Assembly (NCBI GenBank): GCA_031458695.1
Contig: JAVKJW010000012.1
Coordinates: 15,346-70,572 of the forward strand
Direction of reading: 5' to 3'
DNA from: Candidatus Thermofontivivens primus
Lineage (GTDB): Bacteria > Sysuimicrobiota > Sysuimicrobiia > Sysuimicrobiales > Thermofontiviventaceae
Length of the DNA stretch: 55,227 nucleotides
A model generated the notes under the pieces. That model saw only the letters and a program-made list of their open reading frames with translations. It had not been told where the DNA came from and ran no database searches. The translations under genes were made by a program, and so were the position numbers. Of this stretch, positions 16,743 through 24,880 are shown in pieces. Each line of letters begins with the position of its first letter. Position 1 is the stretch's first letter.

Positions 16743-16781
16743 CTAACGGTTGGTTTTTAGTTTTTTTTAGGAGCGCCTGGA

Positions 16782-18221
16782 ATGCAGAAGTTGCCAGTGC
16801 AATTAATAGTCACCATCAGTGTTATCATTCTCTCAGCCACAGGTGTCTTTCTCTGTGCGGCTTACTCACTTGACTGGACAACGTGGCCAGGTTTAGGTTT
16901 ATTTTTCTTTCTCATCGCGTTTACAGCAAGCTTTCCTGTTTCTGATCCCAAAGGTGTTCCGGTTATTCCAATTACAACCTTGGTTTTTACAGCGATTATC
17001 GTCTATGGTTCTCTTGGTGGCTTTCTTGTCGCTAGCCTTGGGACTATCGTCAGCTATATTCTCACAAGGGACTGGCCTTTATGGCGTGTTTTATTTAATA
17101 GTGCGCAGATCGGCCTAAGTTTCTTTCTAGCTGGTCTGGCCTACCAAGCTCTTGGAGGAAGAGTGGGAGCACCCCCTACTTTTTTTCAGGTCCCAGCGAT
17201 CCTGGTCCTGGTTCTTGTGGACCGAGCGGCTAACAGTTTTTTTGTGAGTTTTTATCGAAGCCGCCTCAAACGGGCCTCTCTTCTCCCTACATGGGCGGGG
17301 CTTGCACTTGAACTTCTTTGGAGCAACATCCTCTCGACTCCGCTTGCTGTACTCCTAGCGGTTTTATATCTTCGCGTACACCCGCTCATTCTTCTGGTCT
17401 TTCTTGGTGCCCTCCCCTTCCAGCGTCAAGCTCTCAAGCTTTACTTCCTCCGCGGACAGCTCTATGCACAGATCGTCGACGCCCTCGTCATCGCGACCGA
17501 CGTCAACTTCCCCAAGGCGAAGGGACACTCTCAGAGGGTGGCTGAGCTCAGCGTTGCCATTGCGCGGGAGATGAGGCTCGCCGATCCTGAAGTAGAGGCG
17601 ATCCAGATTAGCGCCCTCCTCCACGACGTCGGCATGATCGGTCTGGACGACCTCCTAGAGCGATTTGGCGATTTATCCCCAAAGGATGCAAGGCGCCTTG
17701 AAGAGCACGTCCTCGTCGGGGCGGAGATTGCCAGGGAGCTTCCGCGGAAAGACATCGCCCTCATGGTCCTCAGCCATCACGAGCGCTATGATGGGACAGG
17801 CTATCCAAGGCGGCTCAAAGGAAGGGAGATCCCTCTCGGAGCGCGCATCATTGCTGTGGCTGAGACCTACGAGAGCATGACTGCGGGCTACCCTCCTTAC
17901 CAAAACAGTCATTCTCACGGAGAAGCCCTCCAGTTCATTCAGGATCAGGCAGGGAAGATGTTCGATCCGGAGGTCGTCCAGGCGTTCGTGAGGGTGTGCG
18001 AGAACGGGGCAGTTGCGTGGATAGAGTCCCCACCCTCCCTCCCACCTTCTCCCCTTGAGGGAGAGGGAGCGGAAGAAAAGGGACCTCCTCTGGCGCAACC
18101 TGCTTCCCTCCTCGCTAAGGTGCATCTCGGAGGGAGGGGCGGGGATCTCACGGAGCCTGAGGTCTCACCATTGTCCATAGACCAGAGCCTCCCAACTCCA
18201 GAGGAGCGCAGGGACCTATGA
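16782..18221 (+). CDS. Membrane-anchored HD-GYP domain protein, probably catalytically degenerate
   Basis: Multi-TM N-terminus; GHSQRV, LLHDVGM, HHERYDGTGYP, IPLGARIIAVAETYESM; no RPYR motif. Confidence 0.88.
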   Translation: MQKLPVQLIVTISVIILSATGVFLCAAYSLDWTTWPGLGLFFFLIAFTASFPVSDPKGVPVIPITTLVFTAIIVYGSLGGFLVASLGTIVSYILTRDWPLWRVLFNSAQIGLSFFLAGLAYQALGGRVGAPPTFFQVPAILVLVLVDRAANSFFVSFYRSRLKRASLLPTWAGLALELLWSNILSTPLAVLLAVLYLRVHPLILLVFLGALPFQRQALKLYFLRGQLYAQIVDALVIATDVNFPKAKGHSQRVAELSVAIAREMRLADPEVEAIQISALLHDVGMIGLDDLLERFGDLSPKDARRLEEHVLVGAEIARELPRKDIALMVLSHHERYDGTGYPRRLKGREIPLGARIIAVAETYESMTAGYPPYQNSHSHGEALQFIQDQAGKMFDPEVVQAFVRVCENGAVAWIESPPSLPPSPLEGEGAEEKGPPLAQPASLLAKVHLGGRGGDLTEPEVSPLSIDQSLPTPEERRDL

Positions 18222-19453
18222 AGCGGCTCAGGCTGGAATACAGGTATTACCTGTTCGTTCTAATCCTCATAGGTGGGCTTATGACCCTCACGTTGTGGCG
18301 AGCAAAGGACCTGGGCGCCATACTGCTGATCGCCCTCCAGTTCATCCCCTTGGCCTTGCTCACCGAATGGCTCGAGGTGCGCCTGGAGCCCTCCGGCTCC
18401 TTCACCCTCACGCCTATCCTCCTATTCATGGTCCTGCTGCTCAACGGCCTGGAGCCGGCATTGCTGTTGGCCGCTGGCGCGATCCTGGGAATCTCCACCT
18501 TCACCGCAAAGGGAACTTGGCTGGAGATGCTGGATGATATTGCCAAGGAAATAGTGAGCCTTGGGGCGTTCTGGGTGGCTTTCGTCCTCCTCGGGGGGGA
18601 ACCTGGAAAGGCACGATGGGTGGAGCGGATCCTCCCGTTTATCGTCGGCTCCCTCGTGTACTTGGGTGTGAGAACGACCCTCAGCGCCCTCCGGTACTAC
18701 TTCCTGGAAGGGATCAATATCCTATGGCTGTGGAGGAAGCTGTTGGCCCAGAGCAGAACCCATCACCTCATCATCACCCTCGCTGCCCTGGCCGTGAGCT
18801 ACCTCTATGCGGATCTGGGTTACTTCGCCCTAGCCTTGGCGACAGGGGCGATAGTGGAGACCTACTACCCGTGGAAGCTCCTAGGGGAGCAGAAGGGTGT
18901 ATTGTTCACCAGCCTGAGGATGATCGCCGCGGCCGTTGACGCGAAGGACCCCTACACCTATACCCATTCCCAGAGAGTCGCCTCTTATGCAGTGCGCATT
19001 GCCCGGGCGATGGGGCTTCCGGAGGATGAGGTGGAGCGCATCCGCATCGGCGCGCTTTTGCACGACATCGGTAAAATCGGCGTGAGCGGGCGGATCATCC
19101 GAAAACCGGCGCGTCTTGAGGAGTGGGAGATGCAAATTATGAAGACCCACTCCACGCTCAGCGCGAACATCATGGCTCCAATTCGTATCCTAGGGGAAGC
19201 TGCGGAGATGGTGCGTCATCACCACGAGCACTGGGATGGATCGGGTTATCCCGACGGCCTACGAGGAGAGGAGATCCCCCTGGGCTCGAGGATCATCCTT
19301 GTCGCGGATGCCCTCGACGCCCTCCTCTCCGACCGTCCCTACCGAAGGGGTCGCACCAAGGAGGAGGCGCTGCGCATTCTCCGCGAGAACGCTGGTCGCC
19401 AATTCGATCCTAGGGTCGTAGAGATCCTCGCCTCGATCATCCACTTGCTGTGA
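18218..19453 (+). CDS. Membrane-anchored HD-GYP cyclic dinucleotide phosphodiesterase (intact motifs)
   Basis: Multi-TM N-terminus; DAKDPYTYTHSQRV, LHDIGKIG, HHEHWDGSGYPDGL, IILVADALDALLSDRPYR, GRQFDP; ATGA overlap with the upstream gene. Confidence 0.92.
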   Translation: MKRLRLEYRYYLFVLILIGGLMTLTLWRAKDLGAILLIALQFIPLALLTEWLEVRLEPSGSFTLTPILLFMVLLLNGLEPALLLAAGAILGISTFTAKGTWLEMLDDIAKEIVSLGAFWVAFVLLGGEPGKARWVERILPFIVGSLVYLGVRTTLSALRYYFLEGINILWLWRKLLAQSRTHHLIITLAALAVSYLYADLGYFALALATGAIVETYYPWKLLGEQKGVLFTSLRMIAAAVDAKDPYTYTHSQRVASYAVRIARAMGLPEDEVERIRIGALLHDIGKIGVSGRIIRKPARLEEWEMQIMKTHSTLSANIMAPIRILGEAAEMVRHHHEHWDGSGYPDGLRGEEIPLGSRIILVADALDALLSDRPYRRGRTKEEALRILRENAGRQFDPRVVEILASIIHLL

Positions 19454-19586
19454 CGAAAAGCCCGTCCCCACCGCATTTCCAGTAGAAATTCGCACGAACT
19501 TCAAAGTACTCTTCCTCGAAACGCGCTCAAAATTACGAAAGACGGCATTCCTAGCATCCGCTTGGAAATATTTTCCCCTTACGCCA

Positions 19587-19614
19587 GGAGGAGTTTCGGG
19601 AGGTGCGGAGAATT
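19587..19614 (+). promoter_or_regulatory. Sigma-H-like promoter candidate for the dcw cluster
   Basis: GGAGGA-gtttcgggaggtgcgga(17)-GAATT, directly followed by the MraZ boxes. Confidence 0.5.
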
Positions 19615-19616
19615 GA

Positions 19617-19643
19617 GTGGGGAGTAGTGGGGAAAAGTGGGGA
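19617..19643 (+). promoter_or_regulatory. MraZ-binding direct repeats
   Basis: GTGGGGA at 19617, 19627 and 19637 (10-bp period) upstream of mraZ, matching the known GTGG(G) MraZ boxes. Confidence 0.85.
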
Positions 19644-19670
19644 GAATTTGGGCATATTCTTTAAGGGACG

Positions 19671-20096
19671 ATGTTTCAGGGGGAGTTTCACTATACGCTC
19701 GATGAGAAGTGGCGGGTTGTTATCCCGCAGAAGTTCCGCCGTGCCCTCGGGGATATCGTCACGGTGACGCGGAATCCGCTCGACCCCTGCCTTTTTGTCT
19801 TTTCCCAGGAAGAGTGGGGCCATGTCGTACAGAAGCTGGCCGCGCTTCCCCTGGTGGAGCGTCATTTCGTGCGCTTCCTTACCTCTGGCGTGGTAGAGTG
19901 CGAGCTCGATCGCCAGGGGCGTATCGTTCTCCCTGCGCATCTCCGGGAGTATGCCCAGATCGACCGGGAGGCAGTGGTGATCGGTGTGATCAACCGGGTG
20001 GAAATCTGGAGTGAGGCAAATTGGAGGATGGAGAAGGAGAAGACCCAAGCAGAAGGTCCCCAGACCCTCCACAGGCTCCAGGAACTGATCTTGTAG
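19671..20096 (+). CDS. mraZ: Division/cell wall cluster transcriptional repressor MraZ
   Basis: MFQGEFHYTLDEKWRVVIPQKFR; ELDRQGRIVLP; IGVINRVEIW. Confidence 0.95.
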   Translation: MFQGEFHYTLDEKWRVVIPQKFRRALGDIVTVTRNPLDPCLFVFSQEEWGHVVQKLAALPLVERHFVRFLTSGVVECELDRQGRIVLPAHLREYAQIDREAVVIGVINRVEIWSEANWRMEKEKTQAEGPQTLHRLQELIL

Positions 20097-20105
20097 AGAA
20101 ACGCA

Positions 20106-21101
20106 ATGGTTCAAGTGATGCAGACACACATCCCAGTTCTTCGAGAGGAGGTCCTCGCGCTCCTCCAGCCTCGGGCGGGCGGGATCTATGTGGACGCCAC
20201 CGTCGGCGGGGGTGGCCATGCAGAGGCGATCCTGGAGAGGATCCTTCCTGGGGGGCGCCTGATCGGGCTCGACCTGGACGACGTAGCCCTGAAGCGGGCC
20301 TCGGAGCGGCTGGCTCGGTTCGGGGAGGCGGTGGCCCTCGTGCAGGGCAACTTCGCTTCGATCAAGGAGATCCTGGCGGGCCTCGGCATTCCTGCTGTCG
20401 ACGGCGTTCTCATGGACCTCGGGCTTTCCTCCCTGCAGCTGGAGGAACCTGAACGCGGGTTCAGCTTCAACCTGGAAGGGCCTCTGGACATGCGCATGGA
20501 TCGCCGACAGCCCTTGCGCGCGGCAGACCTTGTGAATGAACTCTCCGAAGATGCGTTGGCGGATCTGCTCTGGCGGTACGGGGAAGAGCGGTGGGCGCGG
20601 CGGATCGCGAGCGCTATCGTCCGGGCCCGTCCTCTCACGACGACGCGGGAGCTGGCAACTGTCGTGATGGAAGCTATCCCTCGACGGGCTTGGCCTCGGG
20701 CGATCCATCCTGCGACGAGGACCTTCCAAGCCCTGCGCATCGCGGTGAACCGAGAGTTGGAGAATCTAGAGAAAGGCCTTCCCGATGCGGTGGAGGTTCT
20801 CCGGGAGGGCGGGAGGATTTGCGTGATCACCTTCCATTCCCTGGAGGATCGCGTTGTCAAACAAACCTTCCTGCGCCTCTCCCGTGGGTGCACCTGCCCT
20901 CCCGGAACCTCCCCGTGTCGATGTGGTGGCCGGAGGTGGTTGAGGGTGTTGACGAAGCACCCTGTCACTCCCTCGCTGGAGGAGCTCCGCCGGAACCCCC
21001 GCGCCCGGAGTGCCAAGTTGCGGGCGGCGGAGCGCTTAGCAGATTCGCCTCACCCTGCACATCCTCCCGGGGGTGGGGAAGAAGCGGGGGATGAAGGATG
21101 A
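20106..21101 (+). CDS. rsmH: 16S rRNA m4C1402 methyltransferase RsmH (MraW)
   Basis: HIPVLREE; DATVGGGGHA; DLGLSSLQL; PLDMRMD; HPATRTFQALRIAVN; FHSLEDR; NPRARSAKLR. Confidence 0.97.
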   Translation: MVQVMQTHIPVLREEVLALLQPRAGGIYVDATVGGGGHAEAILERILPGGRLIGLDLDDVALKRASERLARFGEAVALVQGNFASIKEILAGLGIPAVDGVLMDLGLSSLQLEEPERGFSFNLEGPLDMRMDRRQPLRAADLVNELSEDALADLLWRYGEERWARRIASAIVRARPLTTTRELATVVMEAIPRRAWPRAIHPATRTFQALRIAVNRELENLEKGLPDAVEVLREGGRICVITFHSLEDRVVKQTFLRLSRGCTCPPGTSPCRCGGRRWLRVLTKHPVTPSLEELRRNPRARSAKLRAAERLADSPHPAHPPGGGEEAGDEG

Positions 21102-21562
21102 TCGCCATAGGGAGCCGTACACAGGTATATCCGGTCCTCCTTCCAGGGGCGCGCGAGGAGACTCACTACCGCACCAGGAGAGCGAAGCGGAGGCCAGAGA
21201 TCCGCTTCCTCATCCTCCTTGCCATTCTCCTCCTTCCTGCCCTCTTCTACGTATCCGGCCATGTGGAGATGGCAAGGACGGGGTACCAGATCTCCCGTCT
21301 CCGGGAGGAGGTGGCGCTCCTCCAGCGGGAGAATGAGCGGCTGCGTGCCAAGGTAGCTTCCCTGTCAGATCCCGAGCGGATCGCCTGGATCGCCACAAAC
21401 CAGCTTGGAATGATCTTCCCTGCAGCAAACCAGGTTGCCGTTGTGGAGGTTCCTGTGCCGCTGGCCTCACAGGCTAAACCCGTGGCGGTGCGTGCGCCGA
21501 CGTGGTGGGAGCAAGTGCAGGCGTGGTTCCTGCACCCGGAAGCGCAGGCGTCAGAGCCGTAA
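21098..21562 (+). CDS. ftsL: Cell division protein FtsL
   Basis: Basic N-terminus, one TM helix, coiled coil, LSDPERIAWIATNQLGM; lies between rsmH and ftsI. Confidence 0.85.
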   Translation: MIAIGSRTQVYPVLLPGAREETHYRTRRAKRRPEIRFLILLAILLLPALFYVSGHVEMARTGYQISRLREEVALLQRENERLRAKVASLSDPERIAWIATNQLGMIFPAANQVAVVEVPVPLASQAKPVAVRAPTWWEQVQAWFLHPEAQASEP

Positions 21563-21566
21563 GGGC

Positions 21567-21610
21567 CTCCACAGTCTCACTCCACTTCTCTGTGAAGAGT
21601 GTGTAGACCG
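21567..21610. repeat. Degenerate inverted 9-mer repeat remnant between ftsL and ftsI
   Basis: CTCCACAGTCT ... CTGTGAAGA GTGTGTAGA CC; same unit as the arms at 54054-54346. Confidence 0.45.
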
Positions 21611-21612
21611 GG

Positions 21613-23331
21613 ATGGATCATGATCGACTGATCAAGCGGAGGCTTCTGTGGTTGTTTTGTCTCTACTTCCTCCTGTGGGCTGGGATCTTTGTGCGATTGG
21701 TCGATCTTCAGGTACTCCGGGCCGGAGAGCTCCAGCAGCTGGCCAGCCAACAGAAGTTCATCACGCTGCGGATCGAGGCCAGCCGTGGGCGGATCCTTGA
21801 CCGCCAGGGAAGGGAGCTGGCGGTGAACGGGGAAGCACCATCGATTTATGCCGTTCCCAGGAACATCGAGGACCCGAAGGCATTCGCGGAAACCGTGGCT
21901 CCCATCCTGAAGGTATCCCCCAGGGCCGTCCTCGAGCGCCTCCGGCAAGGGGAGTATTTCGTGTGGCTTGCCAGGCGGGTTTCTGCGGAGACCGCTGGAC
22001 GCATGGAGCGCCTTGGGCTCAAGAATGAGATCGGGTTCCTCCGGGAATCGCGAAGGGTCTATCCCAAAGGGAGTCTCGCTGCGCATATCCTCGGCTTCAC
22101 GGGTGTAGATAACCAGGGCCTCTCTGGCATAGAGCTGTTCTACGATCACATCCTGCGCGGTCAGCCTGGAGAGGCCATAGCCGAGCGCGACGGCAGGGGG
22201 CGGATCCTTGTGGAGACCCAGCGGCTGGTGAAGGCGCCTGTGGACGGGGCTACGCTGATCCTGACCATGGATGAGGTGATCCAGTACATCAGCGAGCGGG
22301 AGCTGGATGCAGCCATCAAGAGGACCGGGGCAAAACGAGGAGCGATCCTCGCCATGGATCCCCAGAGTGGGGAGATCCTGGCAATGGCAGTCTGGCCCCG
22401 GTATAATCCAAACTTCTATGAGCGCGCGTCCCCGGAGGTATGGGCCCCTTGGCCAGTGACCGAGGTCTACGAACCAGGATCTACGCTCAAACCTGTCCTC
22501 GCGGCGAGCGCCTTGGAGGCGAAAGTCATCACACCCGAGAGCGTTTTCATATGCCAGGGAAGCCTTCCGGTGGAGGGAGGGTACGTCATCCGGGATGCCC
22601 TGGGAAAGCGCCACGGAGCCCAGCGGATCCGGGAGATCCTCAAGAATTCCTGCAATGTGGGGGCCGCGCAGGTGGCCACGAAGCTCGGGAAGGAAGCCTA
22701 TTACACCTACCTGCGGAAGTTCGGGTTCGGGAATCCTACCGGGATCGACCTCCCAGGGGAGGCAGCGGGGATCCTGCCGCCTCCTGAGAGGTGGCTTGGC
22801 CCTACCCTTCAGACCGCTGCTTTTGGCCAGGGGATCTCTACGACTGCTGTGCAGCTCCTCGCAGCGGTCTCAGCCCTGGCGAACGGGGGTTTTCTCGTGC
22901 GTCCACACATTGTACGGGTGATCCGGGACTCGGAGGGAAAGGTCGTCAAGGCCGTGGGCCCCGAGCGAGTGCGCCAGGTCGTCTCGGCACAGACGGCCAG
23001 GCTCGTCCTCTCCATGCTCGAGGATGTTGTCGAGGAGGGGACAGGGACAGGGGCACAGGTGAAGGGTTACCGCGTGGCCGGAAAGACAGGAACGGCACAG
23101 AAACCGAGCCCGTATGGAGGCTACGACCCAGATCGCTACGTAGCTTCGTTTCTTGGGATCGTCCCCGTGGAAGACCCGCGCTTGGCGGTCCTCGTGATCC
23201 TCGATGAACCAAGGGGGGAGTACTTGGGCGGGGTCGTCGCGGCCCCATTGTTCCGCGAGGTGGCTAGGCAGGTGCTATGGTACTTGAAGGTGCCTCCCCA
23301 TGGAGCGGAGGAGCGAAGGGACAGAGGGTGA
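21613..23331 (+). CDS. ftsI: Class B penicillin-binding protein FtsI/SpoVD-like (no PASTA domain)
   Basis: RGRILDRQG; RVYPKG; YEPGSTLK (SxxK); SCN (SxN); AGKTGTAQK (KTG). Confidence 0.94.
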   Translation: MDHDRLIKRRLLWLFCLYFLLWAGIFVRLVDLQVLRAGELQQLASQQKFITLRIEASRGRILDRQGRELAVNGEAPSIYAVPRNIEDPKAFAETVAPILKVSPRAVLERLRQGEYFVWLARRVSAETAGRMERLGLKNEIGFLRESRRVYPKGSLAAHILGFTGVDNQGLSGIELFYDHILRGQPGEAIAERDGRGRILVETQRLVKAPVDGATLILTMDEVIQYISERELDAAIKRTGAKRGAILAMDPQSGEILAMAVWPRYNPNFYERASPEVWAPWPVTEVYEPGSTLKPVLAASALEAKVITPESVFICQGSLPVEGGYVIRDALGKRHGAQRIREILKNSCNVGAAQVATKLGKEAYYTYLRKFGFGNPTGIDLPGEAAGILPPPERWLGPTLQTAAFGQGISTTAVQLLAAVSALANGGFLVRPHIVRVIRDSEGKVVKAVGPERVRQVVSAQTARLVLSMLEDVVEEGTGTGAQVKGYRVAGKTGTAQKPSPYGGYDPDRYVASFLGIVPVEDPRLAVLVILDEPRGEYLGGVVAAPLFREVARQVLWYLKVPPHGAEERRDRG

Positions 23332-23367
23332 TATAATGGTGATGCCCACCCTTTGCGAGGTGCGTGG

Positions 23368-24831
23368 ATGCGCCTAAGAGACCTTCTAGAGGGAATTCCA
23401 GCGGTTGTTGAGGGCTCCCTGGAAGTAGAGGTCGAAGGAATCGCTTCGCACTCCCAGGCGGTCAGGCCTGGATTTCTGTTCGCGGCCATCCGGGGATCCC
23501 GGCACGATGGCCACGCCTTCATCCCGGAGGCGGTGGCAAATGGTGCAACGGCTGTGCTCGTAGATCACAGGGTGGAGGGGTTTCCACGGCTTACCCAGGT
23601 GATCACGCCTGATACGCGCCTTGCCTTAGGACTCCTCAGCGCTGCCTTCTACGGCCACCCCTCCCGGCGCCTCCACCTCATTGGGGTAACGGGGACAAAT
23701 GGCAAGGGCACAACCGCTTTGATGATCCAAGCGATCCTCACCCAGGCAGGTGTGAAGGCCGGGAGTATCGGAACCCTTGGCGCGCGCCTGGAAGAAGAAC
23801 ATCTCCCCCTGCAGTTCACAACTCCTGAGGCCATTGAGCTCCAGCGCCTCCTCCAATTGATGGCGGATAGGGGCATCACCCACGTTGCGATGGAGGTCGC
23901 TTCCCACGCCCTGGCCCTGCACAGGGTTGCAGGTTGCCGGTTTGAGGCGGCGGTGTTCACCAATCTCACCCGCGATCACCTGGATTTCCACGGGGATTTT
24001 GCGAATTATCTCGGGGCCAAGGCCCGCCTTTTTGAAATGGTGGAGCCCCAGGGGATCAGCGTGATCAACGCCGATGATCCACACTCCCATGTCCTCGTCG
24101 CCAAAAGCCGGGCACCTGTCCTCACCTACGGGATCGAATCCCCAGCCGACGTGCGCGCTGAGGAGATTTCCCTTACCCCTGGAGGGTCCAATTTCACGGT
24201 TTGCACGCCCTCTGGAAGGTGTTCTGTCTCTCTCCCCATGATCGGCCGGTTCAACGTCCTGAACGCCCTTGCCGCCATTGGGGTGGCAAACTCCCTGGGG
24301 ATTCCTCTGGAGGTGGCCAAGGAGGCCCTGGAGAGGATGCCCAGTATTCCCGGGCGGTTTGAGCGGGTGGACAATGGAGGAGAGATCATGGTGGTCGTGG
24401 ATTACGCGCACACCCCCGACAGCCTGGCGAACGTCCTGCGTGCAGCTGCAGAGATCACATCTGGGCGGAAGATCGTTGTCTTCGGATGTGGCGGGGATCG
24501 CGACCGGACCAAGCGACCGATCATGGGACGGCTCGCCGTGGAGCTGAGTGAGTACGCCATTGTGACCTCGGACAACCCCAGGAGTGAGGATCCTATGGCC
24601 ATCATCGAGGAGATTGTGGCGGGGATCCCGGACGGGGCAGGGTCGCACTACGAAGTGGAGGTGGACCGGCGCAAGGCGATCGAACGGGCCATCTCTATGG
24701 CGAGGCCGGGGGATATCGTGATCATCGCCGGGAAAGGACACGAGGCCTATCAGGAGATCAAAGGGGTGCGCTATCCCTTTGATGACCGGGTGGTGGCGCG
24801 GGAGGCCCTTCAAAAGATAGTGACAAAGTGA
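23368..24831 (+). CDS. murE: UDP-MurNAc-tripeptide ligase MurE, meso-DAP type
   Basis: GVTGTNGK; MEVASHAL; FTNLTRDHLDFH; VDYAHTPD; TSDNPR; AGKGHE. Confidence 0.96.
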   Translation: MRLRDLLEGIPAVVEGSLEVEVEGIASHSQAVRPGFLFAAIRGSRHDGHAFIPEAVANGATAVLVDHRVEGFPRLTQVITPDTRLALGLLSAAFYGHPSRRLHLIGVTGTNGKGTTALMIQAILTQAGVKAGSIGTLGARLEEEHLPLQFTTPEAIELQRLLQLMADRGITHVAMEVASHALALHRVAGCRFEAAVFTNLTRDHLDFHGDFANYLGAKARLFEMVEPQGISVINADDPHSHVLVAKSRAPVLTYGIESPADVRAEEISLTPGGSNFTVCTPSGRCSVSLPMIGRFNVLNALAAIGVANSLGIPLEVAKEALERMPSIPGRFERVDNGGEIMVVVDYAHTPDSLANVLRAAAEITSGRKIVVFGCGGDRDRTKRPIMGRLAVELSEYAIVTSDNPRSEDPMAIIEEIVAGIPDGAGSHYEVEVDRRKAIERAISMARPGDIVIIAGKGHEAYQEIKGVRYPFDDRVVAREALQKIVTK

Positions 24832-24854
24832 CGGGGTGACAAAGTGCGGAGTGG
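24819..24854 (+). repeat. AGTGACAA octamer tandem repeat at the murE-murF junction
   Basis: AGTGACAA AGTGACGG GGTGACAA AGTGCGG AGTGG; the murE TGA lies inside a unit. Confidence 0.55.
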
Positions 24855-24880
24855 CAGGTCCTGCGCCTGCGCGGTGGTCT

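Noticed and set aside
16772..16800. glmS ribozyme start AGCGCCTGGA
   Set aside because: No downstream GACGAGG core; the match overlaps an RBS and start codon.
16652..16873. 73-aa TTG ORF before HD-GYP1
   Set aside because: Runs through the U-tract and overlaps the HD-GYP gene out of frame; weak RBS.
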